From: Sphaerodactylus townsendi
Taxonomy: Eukaryota
Reading direction: 5' to 3'
DNA: 64,000 bases
Assembly: GCF_021028975.2 (NCBI RefSeq)
Contig: NC_059427.1
Coordinates: 52,948,001-53,012,000 of the forward strand
The translations under genes and the position numbers were made by a program. How positions within the stretch are numbered: position 1 is the stretch's first letter; the number at the start of each line of letters is the position of its first letter. Of this stretch, positions 1 to 12,720 are shown piece by piece. Under the pieces are notes generated by a model. It ran no database searches and was not told the DNA's origin. It saw nothing but the letters and a program-made list of their open reading frames with translations.

Positions 1-679
1 CACGGGGGGGGGGGGGCTGGGGGGGGGGGGAAGCAGAGGGGGGGGGGGCGGGAGGAAGGGGGGGAAATCCATCGGGGGTGGACGCGTGGCTTGCACTAAT
101 CGCGTGCATAAATTGTGGCTCCGCTCGACGAAGCGCGTGTGGGTGCTTTGCGCCTGGCGCTGAAGAGCGGGCACCGCACCTGTGCGGGGATGAGGTCAGA
201 TCCTGACGTGGACACCGTTTAGCAGGATCCCCTAAGTCCGCTGGGGGGGGTGGGAGGTGATAAGACAGGGCAAATATCCCCTTAACAGCGNNNNNNNNNN
301 NNNNNNNNNNNNNNNNNNNNNNNNNNNNNNNNNNNNNNNNNNNNNNNNNNNNNNNNNNNNNNNNNNNNNNNNNNNNNNNNNNNCCTTCCCCGCTGTTAAG
401 GGGATATTTGCCCTGTCTTATCACCTCCCACCCCCCCAGCGGACTTAGGGGATCCTGCTAAACGGTGTCCACGTCAGGATCTGACCTCATCCCCGCACAG
501 GTGCGGTGCCCGCTCTTCAGCGCCAGGCGCAAAGCACCCACACGCGCTTCGTCGAGCGGAGCCACAATTTATGCACGCGATTAGTGCAAGCCACGCGTCC
601 ACCCCCGATGGATTTCCCCCTCTTCCTCCCGGCCCCCTCCTCTCTGCTTACCCCCCCCCCCAGCCTCCCCCCCCCCGTG
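1..679. repeat. Inverted repeat (1-290 versus 391-679) flanking a 93-N gap
   Basis: 1-290 is the near-exact reverse complement of 391-679. Confidence 0.95.
291..383. other. Assembly gap (93 N)
   Basis: N run. Confidence 1.
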
Positions 680-2648
680 CCTATCTGCCGATCAAACGCG
701 CGGGGATCTGCTCTGGTAAATGATGCATTAGATGGCGGTGGGTGTATTTGTTGTGCGAGTTTTGAAAGGGTCCCGATAATCTGGAAGCCAGAGATAAGGA
801 ACAGCATTTATTCAGCAGCACTTTGGAACCAATTTTCAACCCTGTTCAACCCCATTCTCCTGCAGCCTCCAGGAGCTCGGGAGATAAGGATTGGACTATT
901 CATTATCTTCACAAGGAACAAAGATTAGCTAGCAGAGATGAAAAATTACTCCTGGATAGTCATAATAAGGGAGAACCTGGAGAGCCGCAGAGCCCCGCAT
1001 TCTCCAGCCTTCCGGGGGCGCCGGCTTCTTTTATACATATAATTCCTCGCCCGAACCCTCCCAATACCTTGTTAAAAAGAAGTCAGCACTGAAAAGGTTG
1101 GGCCGCCTTTTTCTTTCCCCTTAAAGGTCTTCGCTATTCGGCATCTATCACATTTTTCAATATGTAGAATATGATTGTTACTCTGCAAGAAGCCGGGGCG
1201 AGTGGGGGGTCGCCTTTCTTCTCCCCCCCCCCCCCTCTCTCTTTCAGACTTTAAAGATGACATCTTCAGTAGGGAGCCCAACCGCGGCAGTGAGGGAGAG
1301 TGAAACATCACCGGACCCTAATAAGGGAGAATTCAGAGCATGCACAAAGGGATGAGAGGTGGAAAGTGGGGGTGACTGTGGGGAAGCTGGGGAGGGGGTG
1401 GGGGTGGTGTTCCTCTAAAGCCGCTTCTGGCCAGCCCTGGATATGTAAAGTCGCCAGAAAAACTTCCAGTCCCGAGTAGAGAAACCGAAGAGGCGGACCG
1501 GACTAGGGAGAAATAAACGCATAAATAAATAACAATCAGGGAGCAGCCGTCGCGTTCTCTCTCTCTCTGTATATATAAATAAAAACGTTATATCTAGAAA
1601 TATATTATGATATATAATCTCCAGCAGGCTAAATTCAAGTCCCCAGGCTAAATTCAAGCCCCCCACCCCCTGGAGCGGCCAGGCCGTCCCGCCCGCCGGT
1701 TGTGGAGATCATTCCGTTTTCCAGCTGAATGTTCATTATTATTTTTTATTTCCACCCGGGCCCTTTGCCTTCCTTCGGATTCCAGTACCTGGAATTGCAA
1801 GCGGGGCATTTCCACCGCCCGTGCATAAATCTGGTTATGTATCTCATCTGCTAGAACGAGGAGGGTAATTAAACCAGTTTCTTGGGCAATGGGCTGCTTC
1901 GGACTGATAAGAATTATCTGCCGCCTATCAAGGGGCCCTTTCCCCTCCTGAACCGTATCACAAAGACAGACAGAAAATGCCAGCAAAATAGGATTTCTTT
2001 CTTTCTTTTTTCTTTTTGGTCGTTGCTCACGGGTGTATTTTTTTAAGTAACCCCCACATACCATTATGATGATAATTCTTTTTTTTCCCCATTGAACCCT
2101 CCTTCCTTTTTTCTTTTAACACGTTTGCGGAGTTTTCCCGCTCGTGAGGATGCGCATAAAGGCGTTTAGAGATGCTTCTTTAGATTGAAGGTAGCCGGAA
2201 CCGTCCGGAAAAGCCTTCGGTCCCAGGGAAAGGGATGTGGCGCGCGGGGCTGCGGACCCGAACTGGTAGACTTGGAAGGGAATCCCTCTGAAATCAGTGG
2301 GGCTTCCTCCCGAGGAAACCGGGTAAGGGTCTGGACTGTTCGAGAGCAAGCCTGAGAGGTCTGCCCAGAGTCCTACTCCTGTGGGGCTTATTCCCAGGGA
2401 AGCGTCTTTAGGGCGGCCCCGTTGGGCCCCTGGCTTGCTCTGCAAGGCGAAGGTCCCTCCTTAATATGATTAGGAAGAAACTCTTCCCGGTCCCAGGTCC
2501 GATTCGATTTTTCCTTTGCAGCAAAAGATGTTCCGTGCTGTGAAATTAGTGTGTGTGTGGGATTTTGGGTGGCTTCGATCTGGGTTTTTTTTTTGGGGGG
2601 GGGGGGGGGGTAGATGAAATGAGGAACGTGTGAATGTGAAGGAATTAA

Positions 2649-2696
2649 ACACACACACACACAAACAGGCACGCGCACACACACACACACACACAC
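2649..2696. repeat. Interrupted (AC)n microsatellite
   Basis: Direct inspection. Confidence 0.9.
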
Positions 2697-3659
2697 GGTC
2701 TCACCTGAGCACACCGGGCCTGGTTTTATAGCCCAGCCAGAAGATAAAGCACATGAACGATTTCGTCCACCTTTGCAGGCGAGGCGGCGGCGTCTTGGGC
2801 TCGCAAACATCTCCCAGCCGATTAGTTCCGGCTGACTTGCCTAATGGCCCAAGAATTTATGGATTTCAAGATTCCCCCCTTCCTCCCCATTATCTTTTCC
2901 CTTCCTTTCAGCAATGGCTGGCGGGCTATCCTCCTTTCCCTACCTTCCTTACACACTCCGTAGAGGAACTCATGAACAGTCCCAAAGAAGGGGGGGGGGG
3001 GGGAAAAGTGATCTACCAAGAGAGGGGCTTCTGTTGAGGAGGGCTTTTTACCCCCCCCCCCCCCCCCCCGCAGGGTGGAACTGTGGACATCTTTAACTCA
3101 ATGGGCGGCGGCGGGGGGTGGGGGGTGGAAAGAGGTCTTGGGTGGGTGAGGCTGGCTGGGAGGGCCGGGGTGGGTGAGTGGGTGGATGGGTGGCTGTCCG
3201 GCCAGACTTTGCGCTGGGAGTCGCCGCTTCTGGGGCCTTTGGGTCGCCCGCCTTTCTGCATACTGGGCCATGGGGTATAATCTCAGTTCCTTACAGAAGA
3301 AATACTTAAAGAAAGTCAAAGTCCGCACGTCACCTGAGCCCAGAACACGCAACAAAAGGTGCAAGCCACAGACAATGTGATGTGCTTGGCCACAGACAGC
3401 TGACCAATAGTGGAAATGAAGGCGAGGGGACGAGCTGCCTTATTATGTACATAAATACACACACTGGCTCACTTGTGCCATCTTTGAATGCAGGAGAGGA
3501 GGCGGGGAGACAGAGGGAGGGAGGGGAGGGGAGGGGAGGAGGAGAGAGGGAGAAACTGAAATTTGCTGCCCAGGTTGAGGCAGCCTCCCACCTCCCTCAT
3601 AGCCCTTTCCTTTGGCTGGCTGGCTGGCCTGGCTGGCTAGCGCTGCCTCCTGCCCATTC

Positions 3660-4330
3660 ATCAGCCGCCGGGCCCCCCTGGCAGCTCCTCTTCAGTGCTA
3701 GATCCACCCGAGGCAGCGCCGGGGCACAGGCAGAAAGGGTGGTCCGCGCTCAGCTAACTCCAGATGTGCCAGCTGCAAAGCCCGGCCCGCTCCAGCCCGC
3801 GCCGCCTCCCGCCCAGGCCGCACCTGAGGACGCCCGGAGCGCCCCCCCGCCCCCCCCCCCCCCGCCACCCCCCTTTTTCAGACGTCCCCGCAGGGAATCA
3901 AGGCTCCAGGACCACAGAGAGAAGCCAGCGGGCAGGACAGCTGCACAAGGAGAAAAGGTAAGAAGAGGCTGATGCACCGAAGGAGCCAGGAGGGGGGGGG
4001 GGAGGCGATCCTGGCAAGGTGGACGGCGGGGCAGGGGGGCGAGGCACTTCCCTTCCCGGCAGTGCCAAGGGGGGCTGGAAACCGGCTGCTGCTGAAGAGA
4101 TGCCCTGCCCACTGCACCTGGAGGGACTCCGGCGGCAGCGGCAGCAGTGCGCGCTTTGTTGGTTAGCCAAGGACGGCCCTCCTGTTTTCTCCTGGGCGTC
4201 CCACTTGCCTTAATGGAAGACCAGAAACACATTTGGGGGTTGCAGATTTGAAGGGACATGTCTTTTTTTAAGGAGTGGCGAAGGCCCTCTGGCAGCTGGA
4301 CAGGTGTGGGGCGCGGGGAAGGAGCCAAGG
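3660..4330. promoter_or_regulatory. CpG island
   Basis: High GC and CpG density; CCAAT upstream at 3404-3408. Confidence 0.55.
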
Positions 4331-5219
4331 GAGAAAAGGTCGGATGGGCCTTTGCAGTAACTTTGGCCGTGGTCTGCTTACAGGGGATCGGTGGGCGATG
4401 CTGTTTTATTTCTCCCCCCTAGAAAAGAAAAAAAAGGGTCCCAGGCTAGAGAACTGAAAGTGGTTTCCGGCGTGGGAAGGTTCCCTGTCTCCAAAGGGCG
4501 GATCAATTGCAGGGGGATCTCTCAAGGTAACCCTGGAAATCTGTAATCACCCTATGAATAGGTGTGCATCTGCAGTGGTGTAGGAAGGCAGAGGTGCTGC
4601 ATTTCTAGCATGGAAGTAGAACAAGAGTCCAGTTCTGGAGGGGTGGGGTGCCAAATGGTGACATCCCTTCAAAGGAGGTCGGGAAGGAGAGGCTGGTCAT
4701 CCCCAGGGTCGTCTGCACGATTCAAGGTGAGCAGATAGGAGCAGCTCCAGGCCTGGCTAGAGCCGCCTGCGAGCCGGGATGGCTCGTTCACCCAGACCTT
4801 CAGCAGCAGGCGGGGAAACGCCGCTCCTAAATTCCAACTTGCACACCTCTGTAAACAACCTCGCTTGCTAAAATGGCCCTCACCGCGTTCTGGGACTGGA
4901 GTGGGGAAAATCGCTCCCACCCTCAAAGGGTCAGAGAGATAGAAAGGGATATTGTGATAGCAGAAATACTATGCGCCGTTTCCTGCCATGGGTGGCTGAG
5001 GCTGGCTGGAATCTCCTCAATCTCCAAGGCTGAAGCTGGATCGGCCCTGCTTGGTTTATTGTTGGGAGACCGCCGAGGCATGCCAGGGTGGGTGCACGGC
5101 AAACCACCACCTCTGCCACCTCTGCCACCCTACCAGGCCTCCACAAGCAGGGCGACCTTAGTTACTTGGGGACGGGTTTAGCTGGGCAAGCCAGGCAAAG
5201 GAAGCCAAACAGGCAGAAC

Positions 5220-6010
5220 AGATCACAAAGCCACGCCGTCTTCTGGAGAGGAGGCCCCAAGTCTCTTGAGGGAGCTTTTAGCAAAAAGCTGCCCCACCTC
5301 CCACTCTGGGAAGGGAAAACACGCACGCAGCAGTGAAGAGAGGAAGAGAAAGCGCTCAAAAGGCTGCTCCCGACCGCGGCTTCCTCTGCCGCCGCCTCCT
5401 CCATTGTTCGGAGATTTGTGCCTAATCCGGGCGAGGGTTCTCCGCTGCTCCTTTTTGCGGGGTCGCCTCCCCTTTGGAAACACCCCCCCCCCCCGCGCGC
5501 CCGCAGCTCCGCGGAGCCCCTTTCGCGCGCGGCTCCCGCTGCACCTGCCTGCCTGGGGAGTCCCAGTCCCGTGCAGGAGATTTACGCAGCTTTGCATGTG
5601 TTAAAACGAGGCCGGCCCGGGCAACCCGCCCTCTCCCCACCAGCCCCGGTTCCCCCCTCCCCTCAAGGGCAGCTTTAAAAAATAATGCCGTTTTCTTCTC
5701 TCCCGCGGAGACGGGGCCCCCCCCCCCCCCCAACCTGGGCAGGATCGCTGGGAAGAACAGGGAGAGGTTTTTTGAGAAGGGTGCCTTCAAGAAACAAACA
5801 AAACAAAAAACCTCTGCAAGACCAGGAACAATTCAGACCAGGGACCCCACCCCCCTTGATGAGTGCCACTTCGAAGGGGTCTCCCGGCGTCGTTGCTCAA
5901 GAGAAGGGGGTCTGAAAATTTGAGGCGTCCCGCGCGGGCTTGAAACCGGAGCAGACAAACCCGCCTCTGCGCGCTGTCGTTTTAAGAGGTCGCCACTGTC
6001 CTCTAAGCGC
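5220..6010. promoter_or_regulatory. CpG-rich segment
   Basis: High GC and CpG density; boundaries estimated by eye. Confidence 0.5.
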
Positions 6011-6917
6011 ACGAAAGATAGGTGACCCTAACAATAACCTTCTCGCTTCGAGGAAATTTAACTGTGGCATAGCAAACAGCCGTGTTAAATGCAGGCCCCA
6101 AAATGGCTCAGATTTTCAAAATGTAAGGAAGAAGCTCAGCACTGGCTGAATCGATTTCGACTTCGATTTCCCCCACTGAAATGTCCAAGACTCCAGGGGT
6201 GTCTTCCTTGATTCATGGGGCAAGGGGGCTCCCAGTTTTCTGTTACTTTCCCTGGCAGAACCCTTCACTCATCATTGAATTAATTCTAACGAGTATTTAT
6301 GGGAAGTAACCTGCATCTTTGGGGGGGGGGGGGCGGCGGCGGCGGCGGCTAGCTCTGATCCTTTCCGGACTTTCATTTTTGTTCCGCCTGGTTCATTCCT
6401 GCTGTCTCGACTCCGATATTTTTCTTGAGAAAAAAAGTAAGAATTTTGCATGGGAAAGGCTACCAAGCAGTCACTTACTTGGGTGTAAATCCCTTAGAAT
6501 ACAATGGGTCTTACTTCTAAGTAAACCTTGTGCTGGAATCCTCCCCTATAAAGAAACCGTTTGCCGGCTGGTACGATGTAATGGCAACAATGGAAGGCAT
6601 CCTCGGCGGGCATCTCTGTGCCTTTCTGCATCCAGCGGTTTCCAGCGGAGGCCGTGTGACTTGGGAATAATGGATACAGGACATATTCGTCTTTGATTCA
6701 AAAACTGGTGTCAGAGGAAACAGAAAGGTGGGGAGGAGGCAGGGGGGGCTGCTACTTAGTGACTGACAAATTGCAGGTTAACAAAATTCATTTACAAGCT
6801 GTCAGGTGCATCTGTGGGCAGGTTTTTTTTAAAGGCGAGATAGAATAGTTAAGAGCAGTGAAGCAAATGAGTAGCTGTCTCAAATGAGGGGAACGTGAAA
6901 TGCAAATTATAAGGTGG

Positions 6918-7055
6918 NNNNNNNNNNNNNNNNNNNNNNNNNNNNNNNNNNNNNNNNNNNNNNNNNNNNNNNNNNNNNNNNNNNNNNNNNNNNNNNNNNN
7001 NNNNNNNNNNNNNNNNNNNNNNNNNNNNNNNNNNNNNNNNNNNNNNNNNNNNNNN
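6918..7055. other. Assembly gap (138 N)
   Basis: N run. Confidence 1.
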
Positions 7056-7779
7056 CCAAATCGACTTTTTTTCTTCTTCACCATCTTAATACTACTCAGG
7101 TGAAACATCAGAGTTTAGAGTCGATGCGGTCGTTTTCCATAATTTCAAATGCACTGGTAGGACTGCGTGCATTTAAAAAGAGAAATGGTTACAACCCCGC
7201 CAGAGCAGACCAACAAGAGAGGCCGAGGAAGAAGCGGGCAGGCTGGGTGGTTAGGGAGAATTTGCAAAATTCTCTCAAACCCCCCCCCCCAAAAAAAAGG
7301 AGGAGGGGGAAAATAATAGCTGAATGGGGGGCTTTTCTGTGTATGTCCGAGGCTCTTTTCCCTACGGAAGTGCCAGCCACTCTGCCCCCCCCCCCCCCCC
7401 GGCATCACCTGGAGGAGGCCTGGCTCTGCCTGGTCTGTTCGAGAGGGTTTTGTGGAAGGGGAGAGAAGGGCCAGAAGTTTAAATCAGAGCCCTGTGCCAA
7501 AGTGGCCAAGATCCAGAGACCACAAAAGGCAGCCAAACGTGGTTCAAAAGACGATCCCTCTGATCTAACCTCCCCCCCAGTCGACGCAAGCCCCCCCCCA
7601 TCTGGCTTCAGAGTCAGCTTCAAGAAACACGGAGCGGGGGTTTATTTAAAAGGCTGACACCCGAGGAGAAAGTGAGAGTGGTCTTTATGAGGGAAATGCT
7701 TCCCCCCAAAATACCAGTTTATACCAGGACAGTAGAAGTGGACCAATTCCACTGGCCCCATCGCCTGTACCTGCGGCTG

Positions 7780-8950
7780 CAGCAGGAGCCTTGCCGGGGG
7801 GGGGGGGTCGGTTGCTGGCCTGGACAGCCAACCCGGAAGACACAGCGAGGACACAGCGAGAGAGAAAGAGAGAGAGGCGGGGGGGGGTGGGTGGGTGGGG
7901 GGAGAGAGCGAGAGAGAGAGAGCGGGTCTGACGCCACTAGTTGTACGTGTGTTTCCATTGCTGTACCTAACTTGGCCCGCTGGTGGGAAGACGCGAGGGG
8001 GCTGCGGCGCAGGCAGCTCGGCCACCCGCTCAACCCCAGGATCGCCCCCAGATCACAACCGGTCCCTTTCCCCCGCCGCCGCCGGGCTCTCTCCCTTCTG
8101 CCGATGCTGCTGCCCAGAGAAGCTGCCCCCGGTGCCCTCCTGCAGCGGCAGTCCCGCGAGGAGTCCACCCTCGTTGAGCGCTGCGGTGAGTATCTCCGAG
8201 AGACCCGGGCAGAAGCAACGCTCCTGCCCTCGCTGAGGTCCTCCTTTGCTCGCCTGGTCGCAGTTCTCCTCCGGGTCGGGCGTGCGGGGGCGGGGGATCG
8301 GCGAGAGGGGGGCATTTCTTGGGGCCGCCAGAAACGGGTTTGCCTTCAAGGTGCCACCACCAGACTCTTTGTCCTTGGGGAGGCCGCGCAGAGGGAAGGC
8401 GGCGGCTGGAGCAGAAAGCAGAGGTGGGAAAGAAGAAGGCTGGCTGGGTCTTCGGAACCGAGGGTGGGTGGAGGGATGCGAAAGCCAGGAGATTCGCCGG
8501 TGACCTTCTTTGTGGCTGGCCCTCTGGATCAGCAGACAAAGAGCCCAGCGGGAGGAAGGGGGTCTGCCTGCCTTTCCAACCGGGTCCAGCAGCGGTCGGG
8601 AACGGGGGGAGGAGGCCAGGAAGTTCGCAGCGCTGGGAAGGCTGAGCAGCATTTCCCCCCTTCCCACCAGGGAGTGTCAGGAAGACGCCAGTGACGGACC
8701 CTTTGTATTTGCGTGCCTACTACCATTCCGAAGTCTGACTTAGGAGGAGATGCAAGATCTCGATCGGGCGACTGGCATGCAAGATTTCTCACCAGGCCGG
8801 GGTGGGTGGAGGGTCTCTTGCCCGAGAGGAGACCCGAAAAGGCCAAGGAGGAGAGCGCTATTTTGGGCCAGGACAGACCGAGGAGGGCGAGGCTTGTGCA
8901 CGTGTGTGGACCCGGCGGCTGGGCTTCTGCACCTTGGCTATCGACCGATG
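7780..8950. promoter_or_regulatory. CpG island
   Basis: High GC and CpG density; boundaries estimated by eye. Confidence 0.6.
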
Positions 8951-11869
8951 CTCTCTGGGATCAGGTCTTGTGATCTCAGAGGCTTCATCACTTCTTTTAA
9001 ACACGTCTCTCCATTGGAGATAAATGGGTCTCCGATTTGAAAAAGGCGGTGGGGGGAGGGGTGGGTGCAAAATCCAGCGGGTGTAAATAAACAGCCTTTG
9101 TTATGTCTGTTGGCGATGGGGTTCGGGGATCCCCCCCCCTTTAACGGAGACACAGGTGCCTGCCCATTTCGAAAGGCGCAGCCAACTCATCTGTCCTGAA
9201 AAGATCTGTGTGCGTACACGGGCACACGTGAACGCGCGATCGGGTGTAGGGGGTTGTTCACCTCCAAAGTGTGGCATCATCATCTGTCCGTCAAATTAAA
9301 ACAGTCAAATGTGCAACGGGGATTTCCCTATTCCCTCTGGAATAAATATTATAAGCAAATAAAATGTATTTAGGTAGCATGTTAGAATTCAAAAGAGGGG
9401 GGGGGGGCGGGGGGGGGAAGGAGGCCCAGTCTTATTAATAGAGATAATTTTTGGAGAGCAAATTTCTTGGCGGCTCAAAAGGCTTTTCTGCGTTGTCAAA
9501 GATAAATCTGCCAGGATACCTTGTCAATTCTCGGTCCCATCAACACACTGAGCATTCAGCCCAATTCAGCCACGCTTTAGGGACCCATTCTGCACAGTGG
9601 GCTACCACAGTATCTCCGGCCAGGGTGCAGCCGTGGAGTTTTGGAGGAAGAAGACGAAGCGGGATGCTCCTTCGGGCACGCGTCGAGATTTCAGGGCTGG
9701 CTGCGGCCGCGCTGCACTCTGTCGCCCATTCAAGCAGACGCGCTCTCCAGAGAGGACTTTAATAAAATTGACAGAATAGTTGTTTAACCAGCCGTGTGAA
9801 GCGGGTTGAATCTCAGCCCCAGAAAATTAGCTAAGCTGCTTCACCCGCGGCCCTCGTGCGGGTTCGTTTATGTTCCGATGAGAGAATTAATGAAATCCGG
9901 GGGCACCCCCACCCGGCGCGCACGCCCCGCTCTTGGGCTCCCTCGTTTGCAGCGAGGCATTTCATAACAAGCCCACCCCATAAACAGCGGGGCTGCTCAG
10001 AGGATTTACAAAGGAGCACGCAGATGACTGGGAACAAGTTCAGAGGGGCTTCCTCTCTACAACTGGGGAGGGGGAGAGAATCTGATCTCTTTTAAATATC
10101 AGGGGGAGTCATCTGCAATTGCAAAAACGGTAGGCGCCTTCGCCTTTTCTCTGCTAGGAAGAATCCAGAGCAACCCCCACCCTCCCTCCCCCACAATTAA
10201 ATCGCTTGGAGAGGTTATTTGTACAGGACAAACAATATTGGAGGAGGGGGGAGAGGCAGTGAGAAAAGATTGTATTTAGGCTCATCAACGTCTCGATTTG
10301 CAGGAAGGATCTAGACGTTTGCTGTGGAGCAGGCAAGAAGGAGGCCCGCGTTCTTATGCCAGGCTCCTAAACAAGGGCTAATAATAAAACCCTAATATTA
10401 GCAATGCCGACGCTGGGCGTTAATAACAAAGCAGAGAAGCCGAGTCTCCGGGGAAAGGGAAGGTGCGGCTCGCCTGGAGAGCTTATGCGCCAAGCGAATA
10501 TAGCTGCAAAAAAGGCCAAAGATTGTGAGCACGGCAAGAATTCCAGATTGCTAAACGGTGGGCAAACGTATACGGATTAAAAAAAACAAACAGCATTTTA
10601 TTTTATCCCCCCCCCCTCTTTTTTTTTTTGCACGGGTGCTGTGTTTTCATTTGTGGCCGAGTGCAGGTCGTTGGAGTGGCTTTGCGGTCCAGTGCCCTAC
10701 CACGGACCCTACGGCTCAGCAGCAGCCTTAGAAGGGGCAGACCGGCCGGTCCGCGCTAGGGCAGCGCTAGGAGCCGGCTGCGCCGTAACCTGACACGCGG
10801 GGCTACAGGGGAGTTTCCCGGGCAGCCTTGGGGTCTCTCCCTCTCACTCCATAAATCAAGCCCCTCGATTAATCTTTACCATTTGTCTTTTAAAACAAAC
10901 AAGGGCGAATTATCAGCTCGTTAACTGCGATTTTATCACCTGTCTAAAACAAACAGCTCCCCCCCCCCCTCCAAAAAGAAAGAAAAAAGAAAGAAGGAAA
11001 CCCCGTGGTCTTGCTGGATGTGGGCAAGGGCAATAATTAAAACAATGATATTAATTCACAGGAAATCATTACGAATGCTTTTATGCTGGTCTAAACAGGG
11101 GGAGGAACGACAACAACAGCCCCGCGTGTTGCAGAGGAGGGTCTCTAGATTTTGGTTGGTGGGATGTTTGCAACTTCCAGTGAGCAAGGGATACAAGGAT
11201 TAAAACCACGCGCCATTAATCTTTTCGTTGTTGTCCTTAAGCGTCTAGCCTGAAAAAGCTGGAATAAGGTTCGGGGGGGGGGGGGGGGGGGCTACGTAAA
11301 GTTTTCCTAGGGGTTAGGATTTATTCCTGTCTTTGCGATTATCCTGGGAATAAATGTTTTTATATATTTTCATTTGATCTCGAGAAGAAACCGTTCTAGC
11401 GTAGCCAAGGTTATTTGAAATCTCGTTTCGTCGTGCAGGCAAAAATAAAATGAAATAGGGGCAAACCTGGCAAGATCAAAGGTTACCCTCTCTTCAACCC
11501 CCCCCCCCCCAGTCCGTCTCTCACCAGGTCTGGTGGAAGCTCTTTCAAAGATGAAGTTGGGGTAGATTGTAATGTCTGCAGCTACCTTGACCCCGAACTG
11601 CCTTCCGACGCCCTTGGTTTTGCTGGCTATCTGGGCCTTCTCCGTCTTCCAGGGAGGGGATTTCTGACTCGGTCCCTGGAGTTTTGTGGCCGTGAGATTG
11701 GCGCTTCCTAGCTGGCCCCCCCCCCCCCCCCAGTGTTACCCGGGAAGTTAAACGTTGTGGAAGAATTGAGCAAGAGTTGCATTTGCTGTGTGGCTTAGAC
11801 AAAGTGCCTGAAGTGTCGGTGGCTGAGGGTGCCAGAGATCAGGGGAAGCAGCCACCCCCCCCCCAACAA

Positions 11870-12720
11870 AGCAACCAGGTGACGGCGGGCCCAGGGAGGG
11901 GGAAGCCTCTGGCAAGCCGGGCCGCCACTGGGGCCTGCAGGGAAGTGCCCCTGCCTGTCCCCCAGGCCATTTCCCCGGGCGCGCATTCACCTCGGACGGG
12001 TCAGGGGCGCTCGGGAGACCCAGACCTCCCAGGTGCGGGGCCGCGATGCCGCCTTCCTGCGGGAGTCCTGCCGCGGTAGACCCGCTAAGCGAGGCCAGGC
12101 GGCCTGCCACACAGCAGGCTGGGGCTCCTCGGAACGGGCAGGCCTTTCTGCTCGGCGGCGCCCCGTTTGGCAAAAGGGTCCCTCCTCCTCCTCGCCCCAA
12201 AGCGAGCAAGACGAGCCGTGCGGGAGGCTCCCGGGAGCAGGCCCCGGAGGAAGCCTGGAACTGGCAGCGGGGGAAACGATGCCAAGAGCGAGGAGGCCTC
12301 CCCTCCGCCAGCCCACTTGGGGGCGAGGGAGGCAGAGAGGAAGGGCGCTGGGCTGGCTGCGTGCGCCTTCCCGCCCAGCCTGGCCGCCCGCCTTGTTTTC
12401 CAACCGGGGATTGTTTTGTCTGGGTGGGAAGAAGGTGACAGGCGGGCAAGGGGCGGGGGCCTGGGGGGACAGAGCGGAGAAGACCCCCCCCCCAGTCCCT
12501 TGGGAGCTGTGGGGGCGCCTTTCTCTCCCCCCCTCCCCGCGCCATGATGATGCTGGTGATTATTATTATTAAAAAGTTCATTTCCTGGCGAATTTGGCAG
12601 CGGCGGGTGACGTCACGGCCCCGGCGTCGCAGTGACTGGGCCGCCTGGCTGGGGAGCAGCAGCCTCCTCTTGCCCAATTACCCGGCTGTCAATCTTCCCA
12701 CCCAGCCGCCTCCCGCCAGA
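11870..12720. promoter_or_regulatory. CpG island with a full CRE (TGACGTCA, 12608-12615)
   Basis: High CpG density; palindrome GTGACGTCAC at 12607-12616. Confidence 0.65.

Noticed and set aside
1626-1662. Short two-unit direct repeats (also ~16023-16053 and 47161-47194), considered as CRISPR-like or functional arrays
   Set aside because: Only two units and no spacer structure; ordinary slippage duplications.
1-3400. 3' end of the neighbouring gene (ERC2 lies upstream of WNT5A in mammals)
   Set aside because: No recognisable coding exon or diagnostic sequence; cannot be supported by eye.
7672-8694. 340-aa ORF, and similar long ORFs at 11748-12677, 20379-21392, 24020-24886, 52753-53766 and 54462-55514
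   Set aside because: Low-complexity R/G/P/A-rich frames expected in stop-poor CpG islands. I see no recognisable domains, and where a duplicate exists the frames are not preserved between the two copies.
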